Assembly (NCBI GenBank): GCA_963695345.1
Contig: OY968769.1
Location: 2,336,001-2,400,000, forward strand
Length of the DNA stretch: 64,000 nt
Reading direction: 5' to 3'
DNA from: an uncultured Methanomassiliicoccales archaeon
GTDB lineage: Archaea; Thermoplasmatota; Thermoplasmata; Methanomassiliicoccales; UBA472
How positions within the stretch are numbered: the first letter of the stretch is position 1; each line of letters opens with the position of its first letter. The notes beneath the pieces are model-generated. The model was not told where the DNA came from and made no database searches. It was given only the letters and a program-made list of their open reading frames with translations. This document shows positions 10,520 to 20,233 of this stretch, in pieces. The position numbers and the translations under genes are program-made.

Positions 10520-10990
10520 CTACTCCGGGCCGGGCTCCGAGGCCGGTTCGGTGACTGCAGGCTCCGGGAGCGCGCCGTTGACCTCCGGCTCATCCGGTCG
10601 TTTCCTCAGCCTCAATTTCTCGCTCGGCGGTATCTGGATCACCTGATACTCGAACGGTTTCATTTCCAGCCCGTAGACGTGCGTCTCCCTCAGGTAGACC
10701 GCGTCCGAATACTTGGGCTCCATGGAGATGGTGTTGGTGGGGCAGACATCGACGCAGGTGCGGCAGGCTATGCACTTGGCGCGGACGATGGTCTGGGTCT
10801 TGCGCGTCTTGTCGGTGGTGATGGCCAGCGTGGGGCAGTTCTTCTCGCAGAGGCGGCACCAGATGCACTTCTTCATGTCCCACACCACCCGGCCCCGGTT
10901 GCTGTCCGGTATGTCCGCCTTCTCGTATGGATACAGCACGGTCTTGGGGCGGGAGAACAGGTTCTTCAGTGTGCTCTTCAGCATCGACAT
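10520..10990 (-). CDS. echF: Ech hydrogenase subunit F (2x[4Fe-4S])
   Basis: CIWCRLCEKNCP and CIACRTCVDVCP ferredoxin motifs; TVLYP N-terminal motif; operon position. Confidence 0.85.
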   Translation of the reverse strand: MSMLKSTLKNLFSRPKTVLYPYEKADIPDSNRGRVVWDMKKCIWCRLCEKNCPTLAITTDKTRKTQTIVRAKCIACRTCVDVCPTNTISMEPKYSDAVYLRETHVYGLEMKPFEYQVIQIPPSEKLRLRKRPDEPEVNGALPEPAVTEPASEPGPE

Positions 10991-10995
10991 GTGGA

Positions 10996-12078
10996 TCACC
11001 TATCACAGCAGCATATGCACGGATCGACCGACACCGCGATCGGCGCCACGTCCGCCAGCTGCGCCCCGCCGATCATCGCCGCGATGGCCGGGATGTTGAC
11101 GAAGGCCGGGGTCCGTACATTAATGCAATCAAGCTTGACCTCTCCCTTGGCCTTGACGAAGTAAAAGAGCTCCCCTCTTGGCGCCTCGACCCTGCCCACG
11201 CCCTCGGCGGTCGGTATTCCCTTAACCGGCGTCAGGAACGGCTCGTCGCGTATCAGGTTCAAGGCCTGCCGGATCAGGTCGACGGATTGAATGACCTCGT
11301 CCATGCGGACCATGTTGCGGGCGTAGACATCGCCCTCCTCGTAGCATATCGGCTGGAACTTCATGCCGTCCACCCCGTATCCGGCGAATCCGGTCAGGCG
11401 GATATCGTGGGGCATGCCGCTTCCCCGTCCCACCGGACCGACCACGCAATAGCTCTCCGCCTCCGGTTTCTTCAGGATGCCCACTCCCCTCGTCCTCTTC
11501 CGGAACGTGCTGTCCCTGCGGATGACCTTCTGCAGCTCCAGGAACTTCGGCTCAATGAGGTCCATGGTCTTCTCGACGTCCCTCAGCTGCTCATAGGTGA
11601 CATCCTTCCTCAGGCCGCCGATCGCGTTCATGCTGTAGTGGACCCGGTTGCCCGAGACCCGGTTCACCAGCATCATGATCTCCTCCCTCTCCCGGAAGAA
11701 CTGCATGAACAGGTTCTCGTAGCCCAGCGCCTCCGCGGTGTGGCCCAGGGCCAGCAGGTGCGAGGTCAGCCTTTGGCATTCCATCATGATGGTGCGGACC
11801 AGGTTGGCCCGGTCGCTCACCTTCACGCCGAACGCGTTCTCCATGGCCTGGACATAGGCCGATGAGTGATGGTAGGAACAGATCCCGCAGATCCTTTCGC
11901 AGAGGAACAAGGTGCGCTTGTAGTCCTGGGCCATGGCGTGTTCCATTCCCCGGTGGTTATAGCCGATGTTGATGGTGGCACCGACCACCTTCTCCTCCTC
12001 CAGGACCAGCTTGAGGTTCATCGGCTCCAGGAAACTGGAGTGCTGGGGTCCGAACGGGATCACGCTGGTGCGGCTCAT
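10996..12078 (-). CDS. echE: Ech [NiFe]-hydrogenase large subunit (group 4)
   Basis: GPQH, HRGME, ERICGIC (L1) and DPCICC (L2) Ni-binding motifs, EAPRGE; ends in DR with no cleavable extension. Confidence 0.9.
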   Translation of the reverse strand: MSRTSVIPFGPQHSSFLEPMNLKLVLEEEKVVGATINIGYNHRGMEHAMAQDYKRTLFLCERICGICSYHHSSAYVQAMENAFGVKVSDRANLVRTIMMECQRLTSHLLALGHTAEALGYENLFMQFFREREEIMMLVNRVSGNRVHYSMNAIGGLRKDVTYEQLRDVEKTMDLIEPKFLELQKVIRRDSTFRKRTRGVGILKKPEAESYCVVGPVGRGSGMPHDIRLTGFAGYGVDGMKFQPICYEEGDVYARNMVRMDEVIQSVDLIRQALNLIRDEPFLTPVKGIPTAEGVGRVEAPRGELFYFVKAKGEVKLDCINVRTPAFVNIPAIAAMIGGAQLADVAPIAVSVDPCICCCDR

Positions 12079-12515
12079 TTTTCGGCCTCCTTGGCAACCG
12101 CAGACGGGATCGGTGCCGCCGGCGATGCCCCGGGGGCCGGTGGGGGCGGCACCGCCTGCTTGAGCGGTTTCCGGAGCGGGGCCACGATTCCCTTTCCCGG
12201 TGTGAGCAGAAGGCCCCCTTCTATCCCCTTGAAATGAAGCCCCATCATGTCCACGACCTCCCGCTCCATGTTCACCGCCGCGGCATAATATGAGGAGAGG
12301 CTGTCGAGCTCGTCCTCGGCCTTGACCAGGTAACGTACGTCGGTATACTGGTTGTTGTAGTGGAAGCCGTAGATCAGTTCGAAGGTCCCATCGGTGTTAT
12401 CGATGGCGATGATGGTGATCAGCCTCGGTCTGGGGAACTTCAGCTCCATCCGGTCTATCCTGGCCTTTATGTCATTGACCGGTTTCGGTTCCTTGACGCT
12501 TGATCCATCGCTCAT
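12075..12515 (-). CDS. echD: Ech subunit D (NuoC-like)
   Basis: SLSSYYAAAVNMEREVVDMMGLHF NuoC-like motif; between echC and echE with overlapping stop/start codons. Confidence 0.78.
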   Translation of the reverse strand: MSDGSSVKEPKPVNDIKARIDRMELKFPRPRLITIIAIDNTDGTFELIYGFHYNNQYTDVRYLVKAEDELDSLSSYYAAAVNMEREVVDMMGLHFKGIEGGLLLTPGKGIVAPLRKPLKQAVPPPPAPGASPAAPIPSAVAKEAEK

Positions 12516-13012
12516 TGCTTGACCTCCGGAGACGTGACCGCACCCTCATCCGCATTCTCCCCCGATCCCTGTTCGGGGCTTTGCGCCGCCGCCTTCTCCT
12601 TCCATTTCGATATCGCCAGCACGACGCCGTCGATTATCGCCTCGGGACGGCAGGCGCATCCCGGAACATAGACGTCGACCGGAATGACCCGGTCGATGCC
12701 GCCATCCACGTTGTAGCAATCAAAGAACGGCACCCCGTTCGTGGCGCAGTTGCCGCATGCCACCACCACCTTCGGTCCGGGCGTCTGGTTGTATAGGGTC
12801 ATCAGTCGGTCCTCGGTCTTCTTGGTGACCGGTCCGGTGAGCAGGAGGATGTCCGCGTGCTTGGGGTTGGCCTTGTTGACCATGCCGAACCGTTCCACGT
12901 CGTACTTCGGAGTGAGCAGTGCCCACACCTCCAGGTCGCATCCGTTGCAGCTCCCGGTATCGAAGTGCAGTATCCATGGGCTTCTCATCCGCATTCTGTC
13001 CATCAAGGCCAT
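12512..13012 (-). CDS. echC: Ech small subunit C (NuoB-like)
   Basis: GSCNGCDLE, ERFG, PKHAD, GNCA, VDVYVPGC motifs. Confidence 0.9.
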   Translation of the reverse strand: MALMDRMRMRSPWILHFDTGSCNGCDLEVWALLTPKYDVERFGMVNKANPKHADILLLTGPVTKKTEDRLMTLYNQTPGPKVVVACGNCATNGVPFFDCYNVDGGIDRVIPVDVYVPGCACRPEAIIDGVVLAISKWKEKAAAQSPEQGSGENADEGAVTSPEVKQ

Positions 13013-13881
13013 CTGAACACCCCTTTGTCCGCCAGGAACACTATCAGTATGTTGGCCGCCGTCAAGCTAATTCCGAAAGCCAAGGTGAACCGCACCATCC
13101 TGTTCCGGGTAAGCCTGGCGGAGCTGTTGTCGATGATCAGCGCCACCAGGAAGAAAGCCAGTACGATGATCGTTTTCCCGATCACGCTTACGTAGAAGTT
13201 CGGGTCGTGGAAGAACAGCGTCATGATGCCGAACACGATGCCCAGCTCGAACCAGTGGGCGATCTCGGTATACGCCAGGTACCGTCCGGAATACTCCACG
13301 TAGGGTCCGGATATGATCTCGGTATGCGCCACGGCGATATCGTACGGTGATTTCTCCATCTTTATGAGCACGACCGGAAGAAGGGACAGCAGCGCCAGAG
13401 GGAGGACCACGATAAGGTTCTGGGTTACCCCGTTGGAGAGGAAGGTTCCCTGCCGATAGCCGATGGCGAAGATCGCCAGGAACAGGACCGGTTCATACGC
13501 CAGTATCTGCAGCAGTTCCCTTTGCGCCCCGAAGTACGAGAATGGGGAGCGGGCGCTGAAGGCGCCCATCACCAGGGAGAATGAACCCGCTCCGGAAACG
13601 AAGAATACGATCAGGAGGTCACCGCCGGTGATCAATAGGACCAGGGCCGCCACCTGAAGCAGCATCGCCGCCACACCGAACACCGCCTGGCTGTTGTTCA
13701 TCACCCTTCGTTCCTTTCCGAACAGTTTTATCAGGTCATAGAACGGCTGAAGTATCGGGGGGCCGACGCGGTTCTGCATGCGGGCGGTGAGCTTCCGGTC
13801 AATGCCCATCAGCAATCCGACCGCGAAGGGTGAGGCGAAGATCAGCAGAAGCATCACCATCAGGTCCTCCGTCGTGCTCAT
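13003..13881 (-). CDS. echB: Ech membrane subunit B (NuoH-like)
   Basis: DRKLTARMQNRVGPPILQPFYDLIKL, SPYD and EYSG motifs; ATG overlaps the echA stop (ATGA). Confidence 0.9.
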   Translation of the reverse strand: MSTTEDLMVMLLLIFASPFAVGLLMGIDRKLTARMQNRVGPPILQPFYDLIKLFGKERRVMNNSQAVFGVAAMLLQVAALVLLITGGDLLIVFFVSGAGSFSLVMGAFSARSPFSYFGAQRELLQILAYEPVLFLAIFAIGYRQGTFLSNGVTQNLIVVLPLALLSLLPVVLIKMEKSPYDIAVAHTEIISGPYVEYSGRYLAYTEIAHWFELGIVFGIMTLFFHDPNFYVSVIGKTIIVLAFFLVALIIDNSSARLTRNRMVRFTLAFGISLTAANILIVFLADKGVFRWP

Positions 13882-15764
13882 TTGAACACCTCCAATGCGA
13901 GCGGCAATGAGATCAGGGCGATGAGCAGAAGGACCGCCGTCACGTTGGTCGCCCGGGTCATGAGCCTCTCCGTCCCCTCGTCCGCGTAGTACAGGCCGCC
14001 CAGCTCGAAGACCGGGTCTTCCCCGCCAGCATAGGCTTGGCTGAGGTCCTTCCGGTCCGGCCTCAGAAGGAATCCCAGGCCCAGGAATATCAGGCCGACC
14101 ACGATGAGCACCAGGACGATGGGGAACGCGCCCAGGCCGGTGGTCAGGGAGATGGTCTCGTCCCCGATCGGTGCAATGTAGTACCTGGTCACGAAGGGGT
14201 CCACCAGGTATTTGGTCACCAGGTTGACGGCGAAGGAGAGGACGATCCCCGCGACAAGCAGCGCCCCCAAGGTGAATAGGTAGAGCACCGGTACCTTCTC
14301 CCTCAGGATGGTCCTCCTTTCCGTCGTCGGCCCGGTGGCGAAGATCCGGCCCAGCCATTTGCCGTAGTAGACGATAGAGGCGGCAAATCCCACCGACAGG
14401 ATGATGCCGATCAACGGGAACGATATGTTCGCCTCAGACACGATCCACTTCCCGGCGAACATACCGAACGGCGGGAGCAGGATCATGAATACCCCGACGA
14501 AAATGGCCATCGAGACGAAAGGCATACGGTCCCGGAGGTTGGCCATGTTCTCGATGTCCTCCGATCCGGTCTCGTCCTTCACCACCCCGACGGCCATGAA
14601 CAGCAGGGCCTTCGATATCGCATGGAACAACAGAATGATGATCGCGGCGGTGATGGACAGGGGAGTGTTCAGCCCGACGCAGACAATGATCAGGCCGAGA
14701 TTCCCGATCGTTGAATAGGCCAGCACCCGCTTGGAATTGCTCTGGGCGATCGCCAGCAGGGATGTGGCCAGGAAAGATGCCGCTCCCACGATCCCGATGA
14801 TCCACAGCAGGAGGTCCTGGCCCAGCAGGTTGGGGGAGAGGCGGAGCAGCAGGTAGACCCCCAGGTTGACCATGGTGGCAGAATGGAGCAGGGCGGACAC
14901 CGGAGTGGGGGCCACCATGGCTCCGAGAAGCCACTTCTGGAACGGAACCTGGGCCGACTTGGTGAACGCGGCCACCGCCATCAAGGCGAACGGCAGGAGC
15001 TGCAGCCCCAGGATGCTGGTACCTGTCGGGAGCGCGGAGATGGTGAGGGTGTTGAAGTAATAGTATATGAGGACGATCGAGGCGAGCAATAGCATACCGC
15101 CTCCCAGGGTGATCTCGGCGGCTATCCGGGCAGACCTCTTGGCCTCAACCGTCTTGGTATGTCCGATGAGCAGGAAGGAGGTCAGCGTGGTGACCTCCCA
15201 GAAGAAGAATAGCCAGAGGAGGTCGTTGCAGAAGACCGCACCGTTCATGGCTCCCACGAAGATGAGCATCGCCGCGAAGAAGCGGGGCTGGTTCCCGTCG
15301 TTCTTCATGTATCGCAGCGCGTAGAGGATAATGGCCGTTCCGACCAGCGAGGTGATGAGCATCATGACGATGCTGAGATAATCGGCGAAGATGGCCGGGT
15401 CCGCCTCCTTGCCCATGATCGCAGATTGAAAGATGGCCATCGGCGCGATCTGCAGGAACGAGAACAGGACTATCCACTTGCTCTTCTCCCTGACCCCTAT
15501 GTAGAGGAAATACGCCATCAGGACAAGGTCGAGGAACAGTATGATCCATTCCATGGGGAAGAGGTCGGCGGCGTTGACCGCCACCGTCTCGATGCCATTG
15601 ACCGCCATATACCCTAAAAGGCCTATCGCCAGCAGGACAGTGATGAACGATGTGACGGCCACTATGACCCAGGGCGAGGTACCTCGCCTCCTGGTCATGC
15701 ATAAGATACCTCCCAGGGTTGGGGCGGCGATCAAAAGGAGGAGATACAAGGTAGTGGCCTGCAT
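13878..15764 (-). CDS. echA: Ech membrane subunit A (NuoL/MrpA-like antiporter subunit)
   Basis: FFWEVTT, KSAQVPFQKWLLGAMVAPTPVSALLHSATMV, KRVLAYST, HAISKALLF motifs. Confidence 0.9.
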   Translation of the reverse strand: MQATTLYLLLLIAAPTLGGILCMTRRRGTSPWVIVAVTSFITVLLAIGLLGYMAVNGIETVAVNAADLFPMEWIILFLDLVLMAYFLYIGVREKSKWIVLFSFLQIAPMAIFQSAIMGKEADPAIFADYLSIVMMLITSLVGTAIILYALRYMKNDGNQPRFFAAMLIFVGAMNGAVFCNDLLWLFFFWEVTTLTSFLLIGHTKTVEAKRSARIAAEITLGGGMLLLASIVLIYYYFNTLTISALPTGTSILGLQLLPFALMAVAAFTKSAQVPFQKWLLGAMVAPTPVSALLHSATMVNLGVYLLLRLSPNLLGQDLLLWIIGIVGAASFLATSLLAIAQSNSKRVLAYSTIGNLGLIIVCVGLNTPLSITAAIIILLFHAISKALLFMAVGVVKDETGSEDIENMANLRDRMPFVSMAIFVGVFMILLPPFGMFAGKWIVSEANISFPLIGIILSVGFAASIVYYGKWLGRIFATGPTTERRTILREKVPVLYLFTLGALLVAGIVLSFAVNLVTKYLVDPFVTRYYIAPIGDETISLTTGLGAFPIVLVLIVVGLIFLGLGFLLRPDRKDLSQAYAGGEDPVFELGGLYYADEGTERLMTRATNVTAVLLLIALISLPLALEVFK

Positions 15765-15993
15765 ATAACCAGGACACCATTCCAATGCCACCCATATTAT
15801 GTTTGCCATGCGGGACATAAAAACCAATTCGAGCTGGCCGAGATCGTCATGACCTGACTTTCGTGGGAAATCTAATTAGTTGATAACGCGTTGGAGGGAT
15901 GGGGTCGTCCATTGGCAGAATGCATCGTGTGTGGTTCGGTCATGAAGAAGAATCAGAAAAAGTGCCCAAACTGTGGTGCATCGCAGGATGAGG

Positions 15994-17097
15994 ATGACGA
16001 TTATTGAGCGCGAGCCGGAAGCGCACAGAGCCAGATGGTGGCAGCCGGAAGGCGATGGAATTCTATGTCGGTTATGCCCTCGCAGATGCCGAATACCAGA
16101 TGGGGCGGTCGGATTCTGCAATGCCCGGGCGAATCACTCCGGACAACTGGTGGCCTTGACCTACGGTCGGGTATGCGCCTCAGCGGTCGATCCGGTGGAA
16201 AAGAAACCGGTATTTCACTACCGTCCCGGAGCTAGGCTGTATTCTGTCGGCACGTTCGGATGTAATCTTGACTGCGGTTTCTGTCAGAACGCCGTCATGG
16301 CCCGTTCCCGGTTCGACAACATCCCATCCCAATATATGCCGCCGGAAGAACTGGTCCGCACCGCCCTGGAAAAGAAGGTCGATGGTATCGGGTGGACCTT
16401 CAACGACCCGGTGGTGTGGTCCGAATACGTCATCGACGTCTCCGGTCTCGCTCATTCCCAAGGATTGTTCAATCTGCTGAACACCAATGGATACATCGAA
16501 CCGGAGGCAAGGGACGATCTTCTTGAGAACATAGACGTGGTCAAAGTGGACATCAAAGGATTCACCGAGGCCACCTACAATGATCTTTGCCAGGGTCAAC
16601 TGGCCCCGGTCCTCGACACATGCAGGAGCATTAACGACAAGGGGATACACCTTGAGCTGGCATATCCGGTCATCCCGGGCCTGACCGGCGCCAAGGAGAT
16701 GATGGCCAGATTCGGTGAATGGGTCGTGGAGGAACTGGGAAATGAAACACCGATACACCTTTTCCGTTTCCAGCCGGCCTATCGATTGTCGAACCTGGAT
16801 AGTCCTGACATCACGTATCTGCAAGAGGTCCGCGAGCTGCTGCTGAAATTGGGTTTGAGATTCGTGTACCTGGGAGGCGTGACCGGTGTGGGGCAGGATA
16901 CCATTTGTCCGAAATGCGGGACGGTCGTGATCTACCGGGCATCGGAGGAAGCTAGCGAGAAAATATTCGTCAAGAAAGAGCAGGTAAGTCGCTTCTGCCC
17001 GACGTTCGCGAAAGTCCGAAATCTGATGGTCAACGGATGTTGTCCGCGATGCGGTGAGTCATTACCGATTCAAGAAAAAGACGTATCTGGCTCGTGA
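15994..17097 (+). CDS. AmmeMemoRadiSam-type radical SAM enzyme (PFL-activase-like)
   Basis: CRLCPRRC, DPVEKKP, CNLDCGFCQN (CxxxCxxC) and C-terminal CPKCG motifs. Confidence 0.82.
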   Translation: MTIIEREPEAHRARWWQPEGDGILCRLCPRRCRIPDGAVGFCNARANHSGQLVALTYGRVCASAVDPVEKKPVFHYRPGARLYSVGTFGCNLDCGFCQNAVMARSRFDNIPSQYMPPEELVRTALEKKVDGIGWTFNDPVVWSEYVIDVSGLAHSQGLFNLLNTNGYIEPEARDDLLENIDVVKVDIKGFTEATYNDLCQGQLAPVLDTCRSINDKGIHLELAYPVIPGLTGAKEMMARFGEWVVEELGNETPIHLFRFQPAYRLSNLDSPDITYLQEVRELLLKLGLRFVYLGGVTGVGQDTICPKCGTVVIYRASEEASEKIFVKKEQVSRFCPTFAKVRNLMVNGCCPRCGESLPIQEKDVSGS

Positions 17098-17120
17098 AAA
17101 CAATTTTCAGGAACAAATTT

Positions 17121-17153
17121 TGGATGGTACATCCATCATAAAAGGATTTAATA
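17121..17153 (+). promoter_or_regulatory. Palindrome TGGATG-GTA-CATCCA upstream of the TATA box (TTTAATA) of the corrinoid protein gene
   Basis: Perfect 6-bp inverted repeat 17121-17135, followed by a TATA-like element at 17147. Confidence 0.55.
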
Positions 17154-17208
17154 CAATCCTTTAGCATCCGAGGATTAGATTTCTTATTCCATTTGGGAGG
17201 ATAGGCGC

Positions 17209-17847
17209 ATGAGTGAGACTCTACAGAATCTGATTGATATTGTAATCAAGGGAAAGATCAAAGAGGCCAAGCCATTGGCCGAGAAGGCCCTCGCCGAAGG
17301 AATAACCGCGAAGGTAATCATCTTTGAAGGACTCAACAAGGCCATGGAGATCGTGGGACAGAAATACGAGAAGAAGGAGTATTTCCTGCCCCAGGTCCTG
17401 CTTTCCGCCCAGACTCTCTACCAGGCCCTCGATGTGGCCCTGCCAAGGCTCGATAAGGCCTCCATCGGAGCGCAAGGGAAGATCGTCATCGCGGTCGTGG
17501 AAGGGGACGTTCATGACATCGGCAAGAACATCGTAAAGGCGATGCTGACCGGTTCCGGCCTCACCATTCTGGACCTGGGCAGGGACATCCCGGTCAAGAA
17601 CATCGTCGATAAGGCAAAGGCGGAGAACGCGAGCATCATCGCCACCTCCACCCTCATGACGCCCACCCTGGCCGGAATGAAGGACCTCGAGAGAATGGCC
17701 AAGGAAGGCAACCTGAAACCGAAGATCAAGACCATTGTCGGCGGCGGCGCGACCTCCAAGGAATTTGCCAACCAGATCGGGGCCGACGGTTGGGCATATG
17801 ACGCGAACGAGGCAGTCAAGGTTATCACGGAACTGTTGAAGCGTTGA
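17209..17847 (+). CDS. Methyltransferase cognate corrinoid protein (MtaC/MtbC/MttC family)
   Basis: B12-binding DVHDIGKNIV (DxHxxG), EYFLPQVLLSA cap domain, IVGGGA; GGAGG RBS. Confidence 0.92.
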   Translation: MSETLQNLIDIVIKGKIKEAKPLAEKALAEGITAKVIIFEGLNKAMEIVGQKYEKKEYFLPQVLLSAQTLYQALDVALPRLDKASIGAQGKIVIAVVEGDVHDIGKNIVKAMLTGSGLTILDLGRDIPVKNIVDKAKAENASIIATSTLMTPTLAGMKDLERMAKEGNLKPKIKTIVGGGATSKEFANQIGADGWAYDANEAVKVITELLKR

Positions 17848-17887
17848 GGCGTAACAATTCCTAACCTTTTTCCTGTTTCCGAGACCC

Positions 17888-18619
17888 TCACGGGATACGG
17901 AACGGTCGTTTTGAACCATCGAAACCGCCGCTCCACATGCGGTGGTTCACCAATCCTCCCGCCAAAGCCGCCAACCCGACCATCACGTTCTGATCGCCGG
18001 AGGTACTGCCGTAGAGTGGATTGCCCAACGAGAGAGCGCCGAACACTATCGCAACCACGCCCATCGCCGCAAGCAGAAGTGCCAGGTTTCTAACCACCCG
18101 AGGGGCGAACCTTTCGGTCGGTTCCTTCAGCCTTGCGGTCCTGTCCCTGAACGTGAACAATAGCATGGAGACGGCGGAAACTCCAAAGACCCACTCGTAC
18201 GCGTTTCCGATCTCTTTGGAAAGCGAATCGGCCACATAATTCGGGAAGTGATGCTGGCCGAAATCACCGAGCAGGGGATAGAATACGGTCACCGGCATCT
18301 CCCACATGGAATCGAGTATCAAATGGGAAAGGAGTCCGGCTACCAGCGCCATCATTATCCAGGAACCTTTCTTCCTGTGGTAGGCGAGACCGATTACCAG
18401 GATCGCCATGAAGAAGAGGCCGCTGTGGGCATAGATGCGGCCAAAATCGATCGAACCGTTCAGGAGGATATGCCCCAGTGGCTTGTCGATAAGGTCAGGC
18501 AATATGCTGCCGATCGCCGCCAGGAGGATGACCTTCCGGTCCTGCAGAAACTGGAAGATCACCAGCCCGATCACGAGGCCTATGAAGAGGTGGCACATCA
18601 GCAGCATGTTCAACGCCAA
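17888..18619 (-). CDS. Membrane-bound metal-dependent hydrolase (YdjM-like)
   Basis: GSILPDLIDKP, RIYAHS, SHLILD motifs; multi-TM. Confidence 0.75.
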   Translation of the reverse strand: MALNMLLMCHLFIGLVIGLVIFQFLQDRKVILLAAIGSILPDLIDKPLGHILLNGSIDFGRIYAHSGLFFMAILVIGLAYHRKKGSWIMMALVAGLLSHLILDSMWEMPVTVFYPLLGDFGQHHFPNYVADSLSKEIGNAYEWVFGVSAVSMLLFTFRDRTARLKEPTERFAPRVVRNLALLLAAMGVVAIVFGALSLGNPLYGSTSGDQNVMVGLAALAGGLVNHRMWSGGFDGSKRPFRIP

Positions 18620-18781
18620 TCCTTGGAGAGCTATAAAAGGGGAACCGAGTAACTAACCAAGGGTAGGATAATGACCACATCCAAATTCGATTTTGAGGGA
18701 ATTGGATGGAATCTTTAATATCGGTATTGGTAATTCAATAGGATAGAGCCTGTCCCGACCGGGACGTGTTTCGAGCGGGCC

Positions 18782-20161
18782 ATGGTGGGGCTGAGAACTA
18801 TTAGAACCGGGAAACGAGTCGTTGGTATTCTCCTTGGCATGATGGTATTCATCGAGGGGATTTTCGCCATTTACATGGCCAAACCCACTTGGATTACTGG
18901 ATATGGGGGAATCACCCAATCGGCCTTGGTCCTGGCAGGGGCCCAACTTGCCATTATCGGAGCCTTGACGATTCTGGTCTGGGCCATCTACAAGGACAAG
19001 AAAATGGAAGGAACGATGGGGAAAGTGATTCCCCTCGTGATGCTGTCCGCCTCATTATTATTGATCATCGAAGGCATAATGGTAACATTCCTTTCCAACG
19101 ACATATTGATCGGCGCCACCCGCGGCGTTTCAAAGAAATACGTGGCCCTGATCGGCGTACAATTGTTCGTCATCGGGATGACCCAGCTGAGCCTTTGGAT
19201 CCGCCGCGAAAAGGAGCAAACCAACTGGCTGTTCGGCTGGGCGGCACTTTTCTTCTCCATCGTCCTGGTGGCCGAAGGACTATTCACTGCCTGCATTTCT
19301 GGGGACATCATCATCGCCGGCGTCGGCACGATCCCAAAGGGAACCGTGTTCCTATTGGGCCTTCAATTGTGCCTTCTGTCCGGGGTGTTGTACTTCATAC
19401 AGTTGTTCAAGGATGACGGCTTCCTTACTGGCCGACTGAGCAGGAAATGGATGAACCATATCATCGCCATCCTTGTGCTGGTCATCGCTCTTGAGAGCGT
19501 GGTCCTGGCCTATTTCACTGAGCCGATGGTCCTGGCATATTCAGATTCACAGGTGGAAGGGTTCGGAAAGCTATTCCTCAGCCCCATCGCCGCACAGCTG
19601 CTCGCGATCAGCCTGTTGGTGCTTTCCTCCTGGAAGTTGGCAGAGGCAAAGCTGGACCGGAAGTCATTGGTCGAGTTCTTGGGCATGGGCGCGGGAATCG
19701 CCCTCGCCGCCGAAGGCGCATTTGTGTTAGCGATCTCCGGCCGCATGCGGGTCCTGAACGAGATCGGTGGGATAAGGACAGGCACCGTCATGGCCGCCGG
19801 CCTGGTGCTGTTGCTGATCGGCATGGTGGTCCTTTTCTGCTGGCATTTCCGGAACGAAGGAATAGTGAAGAGGTTCGCAGGAAAAGGAAGACTGGACCTT
19901 TTCATGATGGTCATGGGTCTGATAACCGGCATCGCAGGAGTGGCGCTGTCGGCACTATCTGCCCGGGTGGTCATCGATGAAGTAGGCAGCATAGCCGCGA
20001 GATACATCGAACTCGCCGGTATCCAGCTTATTATTTTGGCATCGGTGATGGTTCTGATGTGGGTAATGCGGGTGGACGGGGTTACCTACAGGATGAAGCG
20101 CCTGTCCCTCATGACCGCGCTCTTCCTGATGCTCCTCATCCCGCCGGCCATCCTAATGTAG
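18782..20161 (+). CDS. Uncharacterised polytopic membrane protein with six internal repeats of about 70 aa
   Basis: Long hydrophobic ORF; recurring EG..-..G.I....V...G.QL units. Confidence 0.7.
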   Translation: MVGLRTIRTGKRVVGILLGMMVFIEGIFAIYMAKPTWITGYGGITQSALVLAGAQLAIIGALTILVWAIYKDKKMEGTMGKVIPLVMLSASLLLIIEGIMVTFLSNDILIGATRGVSKKYVALIGVQLFVIGMTQLSLWIRREKEQTNWLFGWAALFFSIVLVAEGLFTACISGDIIIAGVGTIPKGTVFLLGLQLCLLSGVLYFIQLFKDDGFLTGRLSRKWMNHIIAILVLVIALESVVLAYFTEPMVLAYSDSQVEGFGKLFLSPIAAQLLAISLLVLSSWKLAEAKLDRKSLVEFLGMGAGIALAAEGAFVLAISGRMRVLNEIGGIRTGTVMAAGLVLLLIGMVVLFCWHFRNEGIVKRFAGKGRLDLFMMVMGLITGIAGVALSALSARVVIDEVGSIAARYIELAGIQLIILASVMVLMWVMRVDGVTYRMKRLSLMTALFLMLLIPPAILM

Positions 20162-20233
20162 GCTCTATAGAGGGCTCAGAAACTATATTGACCCTCTATT
20201 CCCTTTTCCCTCATTCTACGGAGTGTATTATCC

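Noticed and set aside
13882-14358. N-terminal extension of echB in the ORF track
   Set aside because: It overlaps echA out of frame; the ATG at 13881 has an RBS and overlaps the echA stop
18703-18720. TGGATGGAATCT half-match to the mcr operator upstream of the six-repeat membrane gene
   Set aside because: Lacks the TCCA half-site; too weak to count without a genome-wide model
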